Below are positions 1 through 11,111 of a stretch of DNA of 64,000 nucleotides, one piece after another. The notes under the pieces were generated by a model that was not told where the DNA came from, did no database searches, and was given only the letters and a program-made list of their open reading frames with translations. Position 1 is the stretch's first letter, and each line of letters begins with the position of its first letter. This stretch comes from an uncultured Alphaproteobacteria bacterium. Its GTDB lineage: Bacteria; Pseudomonadota; Alphaproteobacteria; JAJFIK01. Made by a program: the position numbers and the translations under genes. The stretch spans positions 9,623 to 73,622 of the forward strand of contig CAZVEE010000001.1 of NCBI GenBank assembly GCA_964625525.1, in the 5' to 3' direction.

Positions 1-909
1 CTCACTTACACGCTAGCGCCCGACGTGGCGGTGCTCACCAATCTGTCCCCCGATCATCTGGACCGCCATGGCAGCATGGAAGCCTACGCGGCCGTGAAGA
101 TGCGGATCTTTGAAGGCCAGGGGCAGGGGGATATGGCGGTCGTCGGCATCGACGATGATTACGCCATCGCTGTCTTTGATCACCTGGTGCAACGCAGCGC
201 CGAGACGGGGACCGCGACAGTACCTGTGAGCATGAGCCGCCAGCTGGAGACCGGCTTGTTCGCCCATGACGGCTATCTCTTCGATGCGGATGCCCAGCCC
301 GGCGAGCCGGTGGCGGATCTGACCCGCATGGCCACATTGCCCGGCCGCCATAACTGGCAAAATGCCGCCGCCGCCGTGGCGGCTGTGCGTCGCTTTCTGC
401 CGGATACCGATAAGATCATCGCGGGCTTGCAAAGCTTTCCCGGCATTGCCAACCGGATGGAGATCGTCGCCACGGTGGGCGGTGTCTGGTTCATCAACGA
501 TTCCAAATGCACCAATGCGGCGGCTGCGGCGCGAGCGCTTGAGTGTTATGAGTCCGTGTACTGGATTGCCGGTGGCCGGGCGAAGGACGATGATCTCAAT
601 CCCATCGCGCCCTATCTGTCCCGTGTGCGCAAAGCCTATCTGATTGGCGAATCAGGTGAGGATTTTGCCCGCGCGCTGGAGGGGCATGTGGAGACGTCGG
701 TCATGGGCACGCTGGACCGGGCGGTGGCGACCGCCTTTACGGATGCGGCCCGCGAGGGGCATCAGGGCGCGGTGGTGCTGTTCTCACCCGCCTGCACCAG
801 CTATGATCAGTATGCCAATTTTGAGGAGCGCGGCGAGGCGTTCCGGCGCGTGGTGCGCGCGCTTGAAACCGTGCATCGGCGAGCCCGCGACGGGGGACCC
901 GGCGCATGA
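1..909 (+). CDS. murD: UDP-N-acetylmuramoylalanine--D-glutamate ligase, 3' part (5' end lies upstream of the window)
   Basis: Frame is open from base 1. Mur-ligase motifs LSPDHLDRHGS, NDSKCTN, FSPACTSYDQY. Sits directly before ftsW as in dcw clusters. TGA overlaps the ftsW ATG (ATGA at 906-909). Confidence 0.9.
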   Translation, partial: LTYTLAPDVAVLTNLSPDHLDRHGSMEAYAAVKMRIFEGQGQGDMAVVGIDDDYAIAVFDHLVQRSAETGTATVPVSMSRQLETGLFAHDGYLFDADAQPGEPVADLTRMATLPGRHNWQNAAAAVAAVRRFLPDTDKIIAGLQSFPGIANRMEIVATVGGVWFINDSKCTNAAAAARALECYESVYWIAGGRAKDDDLNPIAPYLSRVRKAYLIGESGEDFARALEGHVETSVMGTLDRAVATAFTDAAREGHQGAVVLFSPACTSYDQYANFEERGEAFRRVVRALETVHRRARDGGPGA

Positions 910-2042
910 TGGCGTTCAAGCGCACCGACCGCAGCCCGTTCGGGGAATGGTGGTGGACCGTGGATCGGGGGTTGTTGGCCTCGGTGCTCGGGCTTGCCTT
1001 TGTCGGCGCACTGTTGTCACTCGCGGCCGGTCCGCCCATGGCTCAACGTCTGGGCTATGAGACGTATCACTTTGTGTCGCGCCATTTCATTTTCCTCGTG
1101 CCGGCGCTCTGTGTGCTGTTTTTTGTGTCCATGCTAGACGCCAAGGCCGTGCGGCGGTTGTGCGTGATCCTGTTGGGCGTTGCCTTTGTGGGCATGGGGC
1201 TGACTCTGGTCATGGGCGAGGAGGTCAAGGGCGCGACGCGCTGGTTGAAGCTCGGTCCGCTGACGGTGCAGCCGTCGGAGTTCATGAAGCCTGCGCTTAT
1301 CGTGACGTCGGCCTGGATGTTCTCGCTGGCGCATCGCTCCAAGGGTTTTCCGGGCCAGTTGGTGGCGCTGGTGCTCTATGCCATCGCGGCGGGCTTGTTG
1401 GTGTTGCAGCCGGATATCGGGCAGACCGTGCTGGTGACGGCGGCCTGGGGCACAGTGTTTTTTGTGGCCGGTATTCCCTTCGCCTGGGTGGCGGTGCTGG
1501 GCATCGTTTCGGTGGGTGCGCTGGTGGCGAGCTATCTGTTCGTGCCCCACGTGACCGAGCGCATCAACGCGTTTCTGTTTCCGGGCGCCAATGACACCCA
1601 CCAGGTGGATCAGGCACGCGATGCCTTCCTCAGCGGCGGCGTTTTTGGTCAGGGGCCGGGCGAAGGGCTGGTCAAACGGCACATTCCCGATGCTCATACG
1701 GATTTTATCTTCGCCGTGGCGGCCGAGGAATATGGCGTGATCATGTGTCTGCTGATCGTGCTGTTGTTCGGGTTTGTGGTGGTGCGCGGCCTGTCGCGGG
1801 CCCTCGCGGAACATGACCAGTTCGTTCAGTTGTCCGTATCCGGGTTGGTGACACTGGTTGGCCTTCAAGCGGTCATAAACATGGGTGTGAATCTCCAGCT
1901 CTTGCCGGCCAAGGGGATGACATTGCCGTTCATTTCTTATGGCGGCTCGTCGCTTGTCGCCGTGGCGCTGACCTTCGGGATGGTTCTCGCGCTCACCCGG
2001 CGGCGCGCCTCTCTGGGCGCTGCGCAGGAGACTATGCAATGA
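906..2042 (+). CDS. ftsW: SEDS-family cell-division peptidoglycan polymerase FtsW
   Basis: Polytopic membrane protein with SEDS motifs LQPDIGQT, DFIFAVAAEEYG, LPAKGMTLPFISYGGSS. Lies between murD and murG. Confidence 0.9.
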   Translation: MMAFKRTDRSPFGEWWWTVDRGLLASVLGLAFVGALLSLAAGPPMAQRLGYETYHFVSRHFIFLVPALCVLFFVSMLDAKAVRRLCVILLGVAFVGMGLTLVMGEEVKGATRWLKLGPLTVQPSEFMKPALIVTSAWMFSLAHRSKGFPGQLVALVLYAIAAGLLVLQPDIGQTVLVTAAWGTVFFVAGIPFAWVAVLGIVSVGALVASYLFVPHVTERINAFLFPGANDTHQVDQARDAFLSGGVFGQGPGEGLVKRHIPDAHTDFIFAVAAEEYGVIMCLLIVLLFGFVVVRGLSRALAEHDQFVQLSVSGLVTLVGLQAVINMGVNLQLLPAKGMTLPFISYGGSSLVAVALTFGMVLALTRRRASLGAAQETMQ

Positions 2043-3211
2043 TGGACCGCAACGCTCAGGCGCGTGCTGACGGACGCACCGTGGTCATTGCCGCTGGCGG
2101 CACGGGCGGGCATTTGTTCCCGGCCCAGGCGCTGGCCGAGACCTTGAGCGCAAGGGGTCTATCCATTGTGCTGATGACAGATGATCGCGGCCGCGCCTTT
2201 ACAGACGCCTTTCCGGAAGCGGAAATCCGCATGGTGGAGGCGGCGACTTTTGCCGGGCGCGGATTGCTGGGCAAGATCTCGGCGGCGGGTTCCATCGTGT
2301 CGGGGATCGTTAGCGCTTATGGCATGCTGGGCGAGATCCGGCCGGCGGCGGTGGTGGGCTTTGGCGGTTATCCGGCGCTGCCAGCCATGGCGGGCGCGGT
2401 GCTGCGGCGGATCCCCACCTGCATTCACGAGCAGAATGCCATTCTGGGCCGGGTGAACCGGTTTATTGCACCTTATACAGATCTTGTGGCCGCGGCTTTC
2501 GACGGCATGGCCCGCGTGCCGTCCTCGGCGCGCTCGAAACTTGTGGTGACGGGCAACCCGATCCGGGCGGCGATCGCGGCACGGGCTGGCGCGGCTTATG
2601 ATCCGCCGCGCCCGGGCGGTCCGCTGCGCCTGCTTGTCTTTGGCGGCAGCCAGGGCGCCCGCGTCTTCGGCGAGGTGGTGCCGGCAGCACTGGCGCTCCT
2701 TGATCCGGCGGATCGGGCACGTCTGGAAGTCGTGCAGCAGGTGCGCGAGGAGGATCTGGAGCGCGTGCGCACGGCCTATGACGCGGCGGGCATTGCCACG
2801 GATCTCCGCCCCTTTTTCACGGACATGCCGGATCGGCTGGAAGCGGCGCATCTGGTGATCGCGCGCGCGGGGGCGTCGAGTGTGACGGAACTGGCGGTGA
2901 TGGGCCGGCCCTCCATCCTGGTGCCGTTGCCGGGCGCCATGGATGACCACCAGACCGCGAATGCGGGCGTGTTGGCGGCGCTGGGCGCGGCTTGGCGCGT
3001 GCCGCAAACCGACTTTACGGCCCAGTCGTTGCGCAATCTGATGGGTGCGCTGATGAATGATCCGGCCGCCTTGGCCCGGGCGGCGGAATCCGCCCTCGCG
3101 GCCGGCCACGCCGATGCCACCACCGCGCTGGGCGATATGGTGGTGGGGCTGACCCAGGCCGGGCGCGCCTATGCCCGCGAACGCCTGGGCCGGCCGGCGC
3201 GCCCCGCCTGA
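2039..3211 (+). CDS. murG: UDP-N-acetylglucosamine--N-acetylmuramyl-(pentapeptide) pyrophosphoryl-undecaprenol GlcNAc transferase
   Basis: N-terminal AAGGTGGHLFPAQALA motif. ATGA overlap with the ftsW stop. dcw position. Confidence 0.92.
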   Translation: MMDRNAQARADGRTVVIAAGGTGGHLFPAQALAETLSARGLSIVLMTDDRGRAFTDAFPEAEIRMVEAATFAGRGLLGKISAAGSIVSGIVSAYGMLGEIRPAAVVGFGGYPALPAMAGAVLRRIPTCIHEQNAILGRVNRFIAPYTDLVAAAFDGMARVPSSARSKLVVTGNPIRAAIAARAGAAYDPPRPGGPLRLLVFGGSQGARVFGEVVPAALALLDPADRARLEVVQQVREEDLERVRTAYDAAGIATDLRPFFTDMPDRLEAAHLVIARAGASSVTELAVMGRPSILVPLPGAMDDHQTANAGVLAALGAAWRVPQTDFTAQSLRNLMGALMNDPAALARAAESALAAGHADATTALGDMVVGLTQAGRAYARERLGRPARPA

Positions 3212-3275
3212 GGGCGCCGCCATATCTAACTTTGCCTCACGGGGACGCACGCGGTAAGCGACACAGGACACGCTC

Positions 3276-4712
3276 ATGAGAACTATCCCCTTCGATATTG
3301 GGACCATCCACTTCGTCGGCATCGGCGGTATCGGGATGAGCGGCATTGCCGAAGTGATGCACACGCTGGGCTACAAGGTGCAGGGCTCGGACCTGGCGGA
3401 GAACGCCAATGTGAAGCGCCTGCGGGATCTGGGCGTCCCGGTCTTCATCGGTCAGACGGGGGATAATCTGGGTGCTGCACGAGTATGTGTGGTATCCACC
3501 GCCATCCAAGCGGACAATCCAGAATTGCTCGCCGCCCGCGAGCGCCAGATTCCTATCGTGCGCCGCGCGGAAATGCTGGCCGAGCTCATGCGCCTGAAAT
3601 GGTCCGTGGCCGTGGGCGGGACCCATGGCAAGACCACCACCACATCGCTTGTCGCTGCCGTGCTGGAAGCCGCCGATATGGGCCCCACCGTGATCAATGG
3701 CGGCATCATCAACGCTTATGGCACGAATGCGGTGCTAGGCAAGGGCGACTGGATGGTGGTAGAGGCGGACGAATCGGACGGCACCTTTGTGAAGCTGCCC
3801 GCGACCGTTTCTGTGGTCACCAATATCGATCCCGAGCATCTGGACCATTACGGCGAATTCGACGCCGTGCGCGATGCTTTCGAGATTTTCGTGGAGAACA
3901 TCCCCTTTTATGGTTTCGCGGTGATGTGCCTGGATCATCCGGAAGTGCAGGCCATGATCGGGCGCATCCGCGACCGGCGCGTGGTCTCTTACGGCTTCTC
4001 TCCGCAGGCGGATGTGCGGGCCGTGGGCGTCAGCTTCGAGGCCGGCGCCGCGCGCTTTGACGTGTTGATCCAAGACCGGATCAACGGCACCGAGCGTGAA
4101 ATTGAAGGCTTGCAATTCCCCATGCCCGGGCGCCACAATGTGCAGAATGCGCTTGCCGCCATTGCGGTGGGCGTGGAACTGGGCGTCAACGACGAGGCGA
4201 TCAAGCGCGCCATGGCCCAGTTCAAGGGCGTGAAGCGCCGCTTCACCCGCACCGGCATGTGGAACGGTGTTACCATCATTGATGATTACGGTCATCACCC
4301 GGTGGAGATCTCCGCCGTGCTGGCGGCGGCGCGTGGGGGGACCTTGGGCCGGGTGATCGCGGTGGTGCAGCCGCACCGTTATTCACGGCTTGCCTCCCTT
4401 TTTGATGAGTTCTGTACCTGTTTCAATGATGCTGATGTGGTCATCGTCGCCGATGTGCACGCGGCCGGTGAGAGCCCCATTGAAGGGGCGGACAAGGATG
4501 GTCTCGTCCAGGGGTTGCGCGATCACGGCCACCGCAAGGCCGTGCCGCTGCCCTCGCCAGAGGTGCTGCCCGATGTAATCCGTGAGATTTCCCAGCCTGG
4601 AGATCTGGTCGTATGCCTGGGCGCGGGCTCGATCACCGCCTGGGCCAATGCCTTGCCGGGTCAGCTCGATGCCCTCGATCGTGGCCCCGTGAATGCCGGA
4701 GTGGCGCCATGA
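3276..4712 (+). CDS. murC: UDP-N-acetylmuramate--L-alanine ligase
   Basis: [16 protein letters not shown] and [10 protein letters not shown] (P-loop) motifs, DPEHLDHYG. dcw position. Confidence 0.93.
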   Translation: MRTIPFDIGTIHFVGIGGIGMSGIAEVMHTLGYKVQGSDLAENANVKRLRDLGVPVFIGQTGDNLGAARVCVVSTAIQADNPELLAARERQIPIVRRAEMLAELMRLKWSVAVGGTHGKTTTTSLVAAVLEAADMGPTVINGGIINAYGTNAVLGKGDWMVVEADESDGTFVKLPATVSVVTNIDPEHLDHYGEFDAVRDAFEIFVENIPFYGFAVMCLDHPEVQAMIGRIRDRRVVSYGFSPQADVRAVGVSFEAGAARFDVLIQDRINGTEREIEGLQFPMPGRHNVQNALAAIAVGVELGVNDEAIKRAMAQFKGVKRRFTRTGMWNGVTIIDDYGHHPVEISAVLAAARGGTLGRVIAVVQPHRYSRLASLFDEFCTCFNDADVVIVADVHAAGESPIEGADKDGLVQGLRDHGHRKAVPLPSPEVLPDVIREISQPGDLVVCLGAGSITAWANALPGQLDALDRGPVNAGVAP

Positions 4713-5641
4713 GCCAATCATCCGTATCCGCAATGCCGGCCATCGCCCGCCATTTGCCGCCCGTCCGGGGCAAGATGATGCCCATGGCGGCCCTGGCCGC
4801 TGTGACCTGGTTCCGCGTCGGCGGGCCGGCCGACATGCTGTTCATGCCCGAGGACGCCGAGGATCTCGCGGCCTTTCTGAAAGGCACACCGGCGGATATT
4901 CCGATCACGGTGGTCGGGGTGGGCTCTAACTTGCTTGTGCGCGACAGCGGCATTGAAGGCGTGGTGATCCGCCTGGGCAAAGGCTTTTCCGGCGTGCGCC
5001 TGGACGGCACCCGGCGCTTGCGGGCCGGAGCCGCCGCGCTTGATGTCAGCGTGGCGAAGAGCGCCTTCGACGCGGCCATTGGCGGGCTGGAGTTCTATCG
5101 CGGTATTCCAGGCAGCATCGGTGGTGCGCTGCGCATGAATGCGGGCGCCTATGGCCGTGAAACCAAGGACGTGGTGCGCGAGGTGGTGGCGATTGACCGC
5201 GCGGGCGAGCGCCATGTGCTGAGCGTCCAAGATATGGGCTTTCAGTATCGCCGCTCTGGCGTGCCGGACGATCTGGTCTTTGTCGAGGCGGTGTTCGAGG
5301 GCGAGCAGGCTGATCCGCCGGTGATCTCTGCCCGCATGGATGAGATCACCGCGTCGCGCGAAGCGACCCAGCCAGTGAAAAGCCGCACGGGCGGGTCTAC
5401 TTTCAAGAATCCCGATGGCGCCAAGGCCTGGCAATTGATCGATCAGGCGGGCTGTCGCGGCCTCACCCGGGGCGACGCGCAGGTTTCTGATCTCCACTGC
5501 AATTTCCTCATCAATCGCGGTCAAGCGAGTGCGGAGGATCTGGAGGCGCTCGCCGAAGACGTGCGCCGGCGGGTGCAGGAGACGAGCGGTGTCACGCTCG
5601 AATGGGAGATCAAGCGCTTAGGCCGGGAGAGCGCCGCGTGA
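4709..5641 (+). CDS. murB: UDP-N-acetylenolpyruvoylglucosamine reductase
   Basis: FAD-binding [29 protein letters not shown] motifs. Start chosen at ATG 4709 (ATGA overlap with the murC stop) rather than the upstream ORF start at 4613. Confidence 0.9.
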   Translation: MSQSSVSAMPAIARHLPPVRGKMMPMAALAAVTWFRVGGPADMLFMPEDAEDLAAFLKGTPADIPITVVGVGSNLLVRDSGIEGVVIRLGKGFSGVRLDGTRRLRAGAAALDVSVAKSAFDAAIGGLEFYRGIPGSIGGALRMNAGAYGRETKDVVREVVAIDRAGERHVLSVQDMGFQYRRSGVPDDLVFVEAVFEGEQADPPVISARMDEITASREATQPVKSRTGGSTFKNPDGAKAWQLIDQAGCRGLTRGDAQVSDLHCNFLINRGQASAEDLEALAEDVRRRVQETSGVTLEWEIKRLGRESAA

Positions 5642-6597
5642 CGCAAACCGTCTTTGTCCCTGAGAGCACCCATGTGGCCGTCTTGAAAGGCGGCATCAGC
5701 GCCGAACGTGATGTCAGCCTTGTCAGTGGCGCCGCCTATGGCGAGGCGTTACGCACACTTGGATTCCGCGTCAGCGAAATCGATGCCGGGCCGGGTGTCG
5801 ATGCGGCCTTGCGTGAAACCGCGCCCGATGTGGTGGTGAATGCCCTGCACGGTCAGTGGGGGGAGGATGGCTGTGTCCAGGGGATCCTAGAGACGTTGGG
5901 ACTGCCTTACACCCATTCCGGCGTGCTGGCCTCGGCCCTGGCCATGGACAAGCAGCGCTCCAAGGCGCTGTTTCGCGAAGTGGGTATTCCGCTTGCCGAG
6001 AGTCAGGTCATCGCACGGGCCGATGCGGCCGCCACCCACGCCATGGAGCCGCCTTACGTGATCAAGCCCGTCAGCCAGGGCTCCAGCGTTGGCGTGTTCG
6101 TGATTCGTCCTGGCGATAATCGTCCACCCGCCGAGTTGACCGATCCCGCATGGGATCTGGGCGAGGAGGTCATGATTGAACGCTTCGTCCCCGGACGGGA
6201 GCTGACGGTAGGGGTGATGGGCGATCGCGCCTTGGCGGTGACGGAAATCGTGCCGCTGACCGAGTTTTATGACTATGACGCCAAATACGCCGAAGGCGGC
6301 TCGCGCCATGTGCTGCCGGCTGAAATTCCTGGCGCCGTGGCCGAATCCGCGCTGGAGTATGCCTTGCGCGCGCATCGGGCGCTGGGCTGCCGGGGCGTCA
6401 CCCGCGCCGACTTCCGCTTTGATGATACGAAAAATTCATCTTCGGATGGTATCGGTGGACGCTTAATTTTGCTCGAAATTAACACTCAGCCTGGCATGAC
6501 TCCCACATCCCTGCTCCCGGAGCAGGCGCAAGCGGTCGGTATCTCCTTTACCGAGCTTGTGCATTGGATGGTGGAGGATGCCTCATGTCACAGATAA
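5638..6597 (+). CDS. ddl: D-alanine--D-alanine ligase
   Basis: [17 protein letters not shown]-terminus, ATP-grasp core, [14 protein letters not shown] 5638 overlaps the murB TGA (GTGA). The alternative start at 5602 cannot be excluded. Confidence 0.9.
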   Translation: MTQTVFVPESTHVAVLKGGISAERDVSLVSGAAYGEALRTLGFRVSEIDAGPGVDAALRETAPDVVVNALHGQWGEDGCVQGILETLGLPYTHSGVLASALAMDKQRSKALFREVGIPLAESQVIARADAAATHAMEPPYVIKPVSQGSSVGVFVIRPGDNRPPAELTDPAWDLGEEVMIERFVPGRELTVGVMGDRALAVTEIVPLTEFYDYDAKYAEGGSRHVLPAEIPGAVAESALEYALRAHRALGCRGVTRADFRFDDTKNSSSDGIGGRLILLEINTQPGMTPTSLLPEQAQAVGISFTELVHWMVEDASCHR

Positions 6598-7562
6598 CCG
6601 GCCGCCCGCGTGTTGCTCTGACCCCGGATGACGAAGGTCGCCCCGCGGGCTCGCGTAAAGGCGGGCCCGAGACGCGCAAACCGTCCGTGGTCGCACGCCG
6701 CTGGCAGCGATTTTACTCCGGCCTGCGCCGGGATATGCAGCGCAATCAGCCGTTGGTGATGTTCATCGCCTTGTTCGGGGCGCTCTTGGCGCTGTACGGC
6801 ATTTGGGCCTCGGGCCTGGTGACGCACACGGCGCAGGCAGCCGTTTCGGGCAGCGAAACCTTGCTTGCTCAGGCTGGCGTGCGCGTAGAAACAGTGACTG
6901 TGCGCGGGCGCACTCAGACCGAAGAGGCTGATGTGATCGCCGCGCTTGGCGAGGTGCAGGACACGCGCCTCCTCGATTTCGACGCCAATGCAGCGCGCGT
7001 GCGGGTGGAGGCGTTGGCCTGGGTCAAGCGCGCTCATGTCATGCGGCTCTTGCCCAACCGCATTCATGTGGACCTGGAAGAGCGGACGGCCTTTGCCATT
7101 TGGCAACGGCGCGGCAGTTTTGTGCTCATCGATCGCGAGGGCGTGGAACTGGACATGCTCAGCAGCGAGACCATCGACCAGTTCGCGTCATTGCCGCATG
7201 TGGTGGGCGAGGGCGCCAATGCCCATGCGGCTGAGCTTCTGGATGGTCTGGAAGACGCGCCGGCGCTGAAATCGCGTTTGCGTGCGGCGAGCCGGATCGG
7301 CGATCGGCGCTGGAACCTGCGGCTTGATAACGGCATTGATGTGCGCTTGCCTGACACGGGCGTGGACCGCGCCATTCGTGACATCGCGGCGCTGGACGCC
7401 GAGCACCGCCTGTTGGCGCGACGTCTGTCGGTCATTGATCTGCGGGTGCCGGACATGTTGGTGGTGCGGCCGGCCGAAGACGGCGACCGGGATGCCGCAG
7501 CCGGATTTGAATCTCAATGGCGCCGCGATCGGCGAATCGTGGTGGAAGATGATGCGGCGTAA
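6585..7562 (+). CDS. ftsQ: cell division protein FtsQ
   Basis: Single TM segment ([19 protein letters not shown]) followed by a POTRA-like region. Between ddl and ftsA. ATG 6585 is preceded by GGAGGA. Confidence 0.8.
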   Translation: MSQITGRPRVALTPDDEGRPAGSRKGGPETRKPSVVARRWQRFYSGLRRDMQRNQPLVMFIALFGALLALYGIWASGLVTHTAQAAVSGSETLLAQAGVRVETVTVRGRTQTEEADVIAALGEVQDTRLLDFDANAARVRVEALAWVKRAHVMRLLPNRIHVDLEERTAFAIWQRRGSFVLIDREGVELDMLSSETIDQFASLPHVVGEGANAHAAELLDGLEDAPALKSRLRAASRIGDRRWNLRLDNGIDVRLPDTGVDRAIRDIAALDAEHRLLARRLSVIDLRVPDMLVVRPAEDGDRDAAAGFESQWRRDRRIVVEDDAA

Positions 7563-7722
7563 TGGCTTGGGGCCATGCGTCGTCCGCCGGCACGCCCGTG
7601 TTCGGTGGTCTGTCTGACAGCTCACGGCCAGCCCGGCCTTTGGGGGCCGCAAGGTTCGGGCGCTGGATCACCGCCGCATCCGCTGGCGGCACGGGGAAGT
7701 GCGAGAACGCATGCGCGGGTCC

Positions 7723-8976
7723 ATGAAACAAGGCGTCATAGCCGGACTTGATATTGGTACGACCAAAATCGCCTGCATCGTGGCCCGGGTGTCTCCCGGG
7801 CGCGGCGATGAACCAGCGACCATGACTGTGCTAGGCGCGGGCCATCAGGTCTCGCGCGGCATCAAGCGCGGCGTGGTGGTGGACATTCAGTCAGCGGAGG
7901 AGGCCATCCGCGCGGCCGTGGACGCGGCCGAGCGCATGGCTGGTGTCGTTGTGGAGCGGGTCTGGGTCAACTTTTCCCATGCGGGCCTGCGCAGCCGTCA
8001 TGCCTCGGTTGAGATCGATCTGCCGAGCCACGAAGTGGGCCGGGATGATGTGGCGCATGTCCTTAACGAGGCGCGCGCGCTTCTGGATGCGCCGGATGTG
8101 TGTGCATTGCATGGCGTGCCGCTGGGGTATGCCATCGACGGCAGCCGCGGTATTCGCGATCCCTTAGGCATGGTCGGCGACCGGCTGGGCGTGACCGTGC
8201 ATCTGGTCACAGCACCGCAGGCGCCCGTGCGCAATTTGTCCGTGGCGGTTAAGCGGTGCCATTTGGACGTGGCCGGATTTGTGGCCGCACCTTACGCCAG
8301 CGGCCTTGCGTCCCTTGTGGATGACGAGATGGATCTGGGTGTCACCGTCATTGATATGGGCGGGGGCACCAGTTCGCTCGCGGTCTTTTTCGACGGCCGA
8401 TTGATGTTCACTGATGTGGTGGCCGTGGGCGGCCAGCATGTGACAAGCGATCTGGCGCGCGGCCTGTCGACCCCGCTGAGCGATGCTGAGCGTATGAAAA
8501 CGCTGTACGGCAGCGCGCTGCCATCGCCGGCGGATGAGCGAGATCTCATTGATGTGCCACAGATCGGTGAGGACTTCGATGGCGGATCGAATCAAGTACC
8601 GCGCTCGGCACTGACCGGCATTATCCAACCGCGTATCGAAGAGACGCTGGAGCTGATCCGGGATCGGATTAAGGAAAGCGGCTTTGAAGATGTGGCTGGG
8701 CGGCGAGTCGTGTTAACCGGTGGGGGCAGTCAGCTGACGGGGGCGCGGGAAGTTGCAGCACGGGTGCTTGGCAAACCAGTGCGAATCGGCCGTCCTGGAG
8801 GTCTCTCTCGGTTGCCGGAGACGATGACCGGTCCGGCCTTTACGGCTTGCGCGGGCGTTGTTGCCTATTCCGTCCGTGCGCCTCGTGAAGCGCTACGCCG
8901 CGATGTGGAGCCGGCCGAAAGAGGGGCGTTCGGAAGTTTTTCGCGGATCGGGCGTTGGCTGAAGGCCAATTTTTAA
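7723..8976 (+). CDS. ftsA: cell division protein FtsA (actin-like ATPase)
   Basis: GLDIGTTKIACIV phosphate-1 motif, VIDMGGGTSS, LTGGGSQLTG. Sits upstream of ftsZ. Confidence 0.9.
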   Translation: MKQGVIAGLDIGTTKIACIVARVSPGRGDEPATMTVLGAGHQVSRGIKRGVVVDIQSAEEAIRAAVDAAERMAGVVVERVWVNFSHAGLRSRHASVEIDLPSHEVGRDDVAHVLNEARALLDAPDVCALHGVPLGYAIDGSRGIRDPLGMVGDRLGVTVHLVTAPQAPVRNLSVAVKRCHLDVAGFVAAPYASGLASLVDDEMDLGVTVIDMGGGTSSLAVFFDGRLMFTDVVAVGGQHVTSDLARGLSTPLSDAERMKTLYGSALPSPADERDLIDVPQIGEDFDGGSNQVPRSALTGIIQPRIEETLELIRDRIKESGFEDVAGRRVVLTGGGSQLTGAREVAARVLGKPVRIGRPGGLSRLPETMTGPAFTACAGVVAYSVRAPREALRRDVEPAERGAFGSFSRIGRWLKANF

Positions 8977-8988
8977 CCCTCCGTTAAC
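8973..8988 (+). promoter_or_regulatory. CtrA-type binding box TTAACCCTCCGTTAAC (TTAA-N7-TTAAC) upstream of ftsZ
   Basis: Exact match to the TTAA-N7-TTAAC consensus, overlapping the ftsA stop codon, about 136 nt before the ftsZ ATG. Two more GTTAA(C/T) half-sites at 9004-9009 and 9020-9025. TTAA is rare in this GC-rich DNA. Confidence 0.4.
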
Positions 8989-9123
8989 GGCTCTAAAGCA
9001 GTTGTTAACCACCGTCAGGGTTAATGCGACATAAATGACGGCGTGGGATTGAACAGTGTTGATACACGAAGTCGCGGTCGGTGCGGTGGCCGAAGCGGCG
9101 GGCAAGTGTACCGAGCGGAGGCA

Positions 9124-10767
9124 ATGATGAGCATCAATCTGAAGGTGCCCGACGTGAGTGAACTGAAGCCGCGGATCACGGTCTTCGGTGTGGGTGGTGC
9201 CGGCGGCAACGCCGTGAGCAACATGGTGCGGTCGAACCTCGAAGGGGTCGAGTTCGTCGTTGCTAACACGGACGCGCAGGCGCTGACCGGCTCGCCGGTT
9301 GAGCGCAAGATCCAGATGGGGACGTCGATCACGGAAGGTCTGGGCGCCGGCTCGCGACCCGAGGTCGGCTGTGCAGCGGCCGAGGAGTCCCTGCCGGAGA
9401 TCATCGATCAACTGACCGGCTCGCACATGGTGTTCATCACCGCGGGCATGGGTGGTGGCACCGGCACCGGCGCAGCACCGGTGATCGCACGGGCCGCGCG
9501 GGATCAGGGCATCCTGACCGTCGGTGTCGTGACGAAGCCGTTCCATTTCGAGGGCGCCCGCCGGGCTCGGGTGGCCGAAGCGGGTATTCTGGAGCTTCAG
9601 CGATATGTGGATACGCTGATCGTTATTCCGAACCAGAACCTGTTCCGCATCGCCAATGAGAAGACCACCTTCGCCGACGCGTTTAAGCTCGCCGACGAAG
9701 TGTTGCACTCGGGCGTGCGCGGGATCACCGATCTCATGGTCATGCCGGGCCTGATCAATCTCGACTTCGCCGATGTGCGCACCGTGATGAACGAGATGGG
9801 CAAGGCGATGATGGGCACAGGCGAGGCCCAGGGCGAACAGCGGGCGATTGAGGCGGCGGAAGCGGCTATCAACAATCCGCTTCTTGACGAAGTGCCCATG
9901 AAAGGCGCGCGCGGTGTGCTGATCAACATCACCGGCGGCATGGACATGACCCTGTTCGAAGTCGATGAAGCGGCCAACCGCATTCGCGGCGAAGTCGATC
10001 CGGACGCGAACATCATTGTGGGCTCCACCTTCAATGAGGGGATGGAAGGCACCATCCGGGTCTCTATCGTGGCGACCGGCATCGCCGATGCCGAAACCAT
10101 GGAGCAGGCCCCGTCCCAGGCGCCCGCCACCGAAGCTGTCGCTACGCCGGCGCCGGGGGCGCAGCAGGCTCCGGGCCTTGTCCGTCCGGCAGCCCGTCAG
10201 CCCTACCGCCAGACCACTGGCGCACCGGCCAAGGACGAGGGCTGGCGCCCCAAGGCCCCGGTCATGTCGCCGGCGGCGACGGGGGCCGACGCAGAAGCGG
10301 CCAAGGCGCCTGATCTGTCCGTGGTTGGCGGCAATGAGGACCTGCAGTCGGAAGTGAACAGGGCTCTGGAACAGGGTGCGGAAGTAGACGACGCCGTGGC
10401 TGAGCAGATTTTGTCGGCGGCCGAGCAAGCGATCGAGCAGGGCGAGGTGAAGCGGGCCGCTGCCGGTGGTGCCCAGACGGAAGCGCGCGCCGCGCAACCG
10501 GCCGAGCCGGAGCGTAAGCGCGGTGGCCTTCTCAACCGTATGGCGAGCGTATCGCTTGGTCGGCTCATGGAGGGCTCGGGCCGCTCCAGCCAACCGCCGC
10601 GCCGCGATACCTCCGCACCGGTGACGGGCGAGGCTGGTGGCCCGGCCAAAGCCAAGGACAAGGCCGATCAGGCCCTGCGCGCCACCACCGATGACCAGCT
10701 GTTCCCGTCCTGTGAGGACAAAGATCAGCTCGAAATTCCGGCCTTCTTGCGCCGTCAGGCGAACTGA
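9124..10767 (+). CDS. ftsZ: cell division GTPase FtsZ
   Basis: [10 protein letters not shown] and [13 protein letters not shown] tubulin signature. Long low-complexity linker. C-terminal peptide [17 protein letters not shown] 9124 is preceded by GGAGG. Confidence 0.95.
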   Translation: MMSINLKVPDVSELKPRITVFGVGGAGGNAVSNMVRSNLEGVEFVVANTDAQALTGSPVERKIQMGTSITEGLGAGSRPEVGCAAAEESLPEIIDQLTGSHMVFITAGMGGGTGTGAAPVIARAARDQGILTVGVVTKPFHFEGARRARVAEAGILELQRYVDTLIVIPNQNLFRIANEKTTFADAFKLADEVLHSGVRGITDLMVMPGLINLDFADVRTVMNEMGKAMMGTGEAQGEQRAIEAAEAAINNPLLDEVPMKGARGVLINITGGMDMTLFEVDEAANRIRGEVDPDANIIVGSTFNEGMEGTIRVSIVATGIADAETMEQAPSQAPATEAVATPAPGAQQAPGLVRPAARQPYRQTTGAPAKDEGWRPKAPVMSPAATGADAEAAKAPDLSVVGGNEDLQSEVNRALEQGAEVDDAVAEQILSAAEQAIEQGEVKRAAAGGAQTEARAAQPAEPERKRGGLLNRMASVSLGRLMEGSGRSSQPPRRDTSAPVTGEAGGPAKAKDKADQALRATTDDQLFPSCEDKDQLEIPAFLRRQAN

Positions 10768-10794
10768 GTACGGCCTTTACCGTAAATACAAAAA

Positions 10795-10828
10795 GCCGGC
10801 GGAACACCCTTCCGCCGGCTTTGTTTTT
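10795..10828 (+). terminator. rho-independent terminator after ftsZ
   Basis: GCCGGCGGA / TCCGCCGGC stem followed by TTTGTTTTT. Confidence 0.75.
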
Positions 10829-11111
10829 GCGTCAGGGTCCGCGCGTGCTGGGTGGAGGCGATGGGCGGCGGCAGGGGCGGATGGCTTTTCTTCCGTGACC
10901 AAAGATGCCAGCATAATGAAACCGCATTTTCGCCCAGGCAGCGCGCGTTTTGTCCGCAAGATCACCGCACTGGCCCAAAGCCCTGAAGCGATGGCCAAAG
11001 CCGAGAAGCGACGGGATAGGACACAATCGAACGGGCGGATCCAGAAGGCGGGGCAGTCGGGGGGATCACGTCCATGGCGAAATCTGAGCTTTTGGGGAGC
11101 AGCGCAGCACC

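Noticed and set aside
8986-8994. The 9-mer AACGGCTCT is shared between the ftsA-ftsZ spacer and the 15-bp minisatellite unit (e.g. 46992-47000).
   Set aside because: A given 9-mer is expected to recur about 0.5 times by chance in 64 kb on both strands, and there is no extended similarity around it.
8893-10593. 566-aa ORF on the minus strand opposite ftsZ. Similar long antisense ORFs lie opposite ligA (16321-17451), fumC (29454-30725), hflK (39848-41161), mrdA (53044-54435), the AMP-ligase (56125-57639) and the M16 peptidase (61328-62842).
   Set aside because: These are typical shadow ORFs of GC-rich DNA. They lie exactly antisense to genes with unmistakable conserved motifs. Their products are Arg/Gly/His/Pro-rich with no recognisable domains, and they lack SD sequences.
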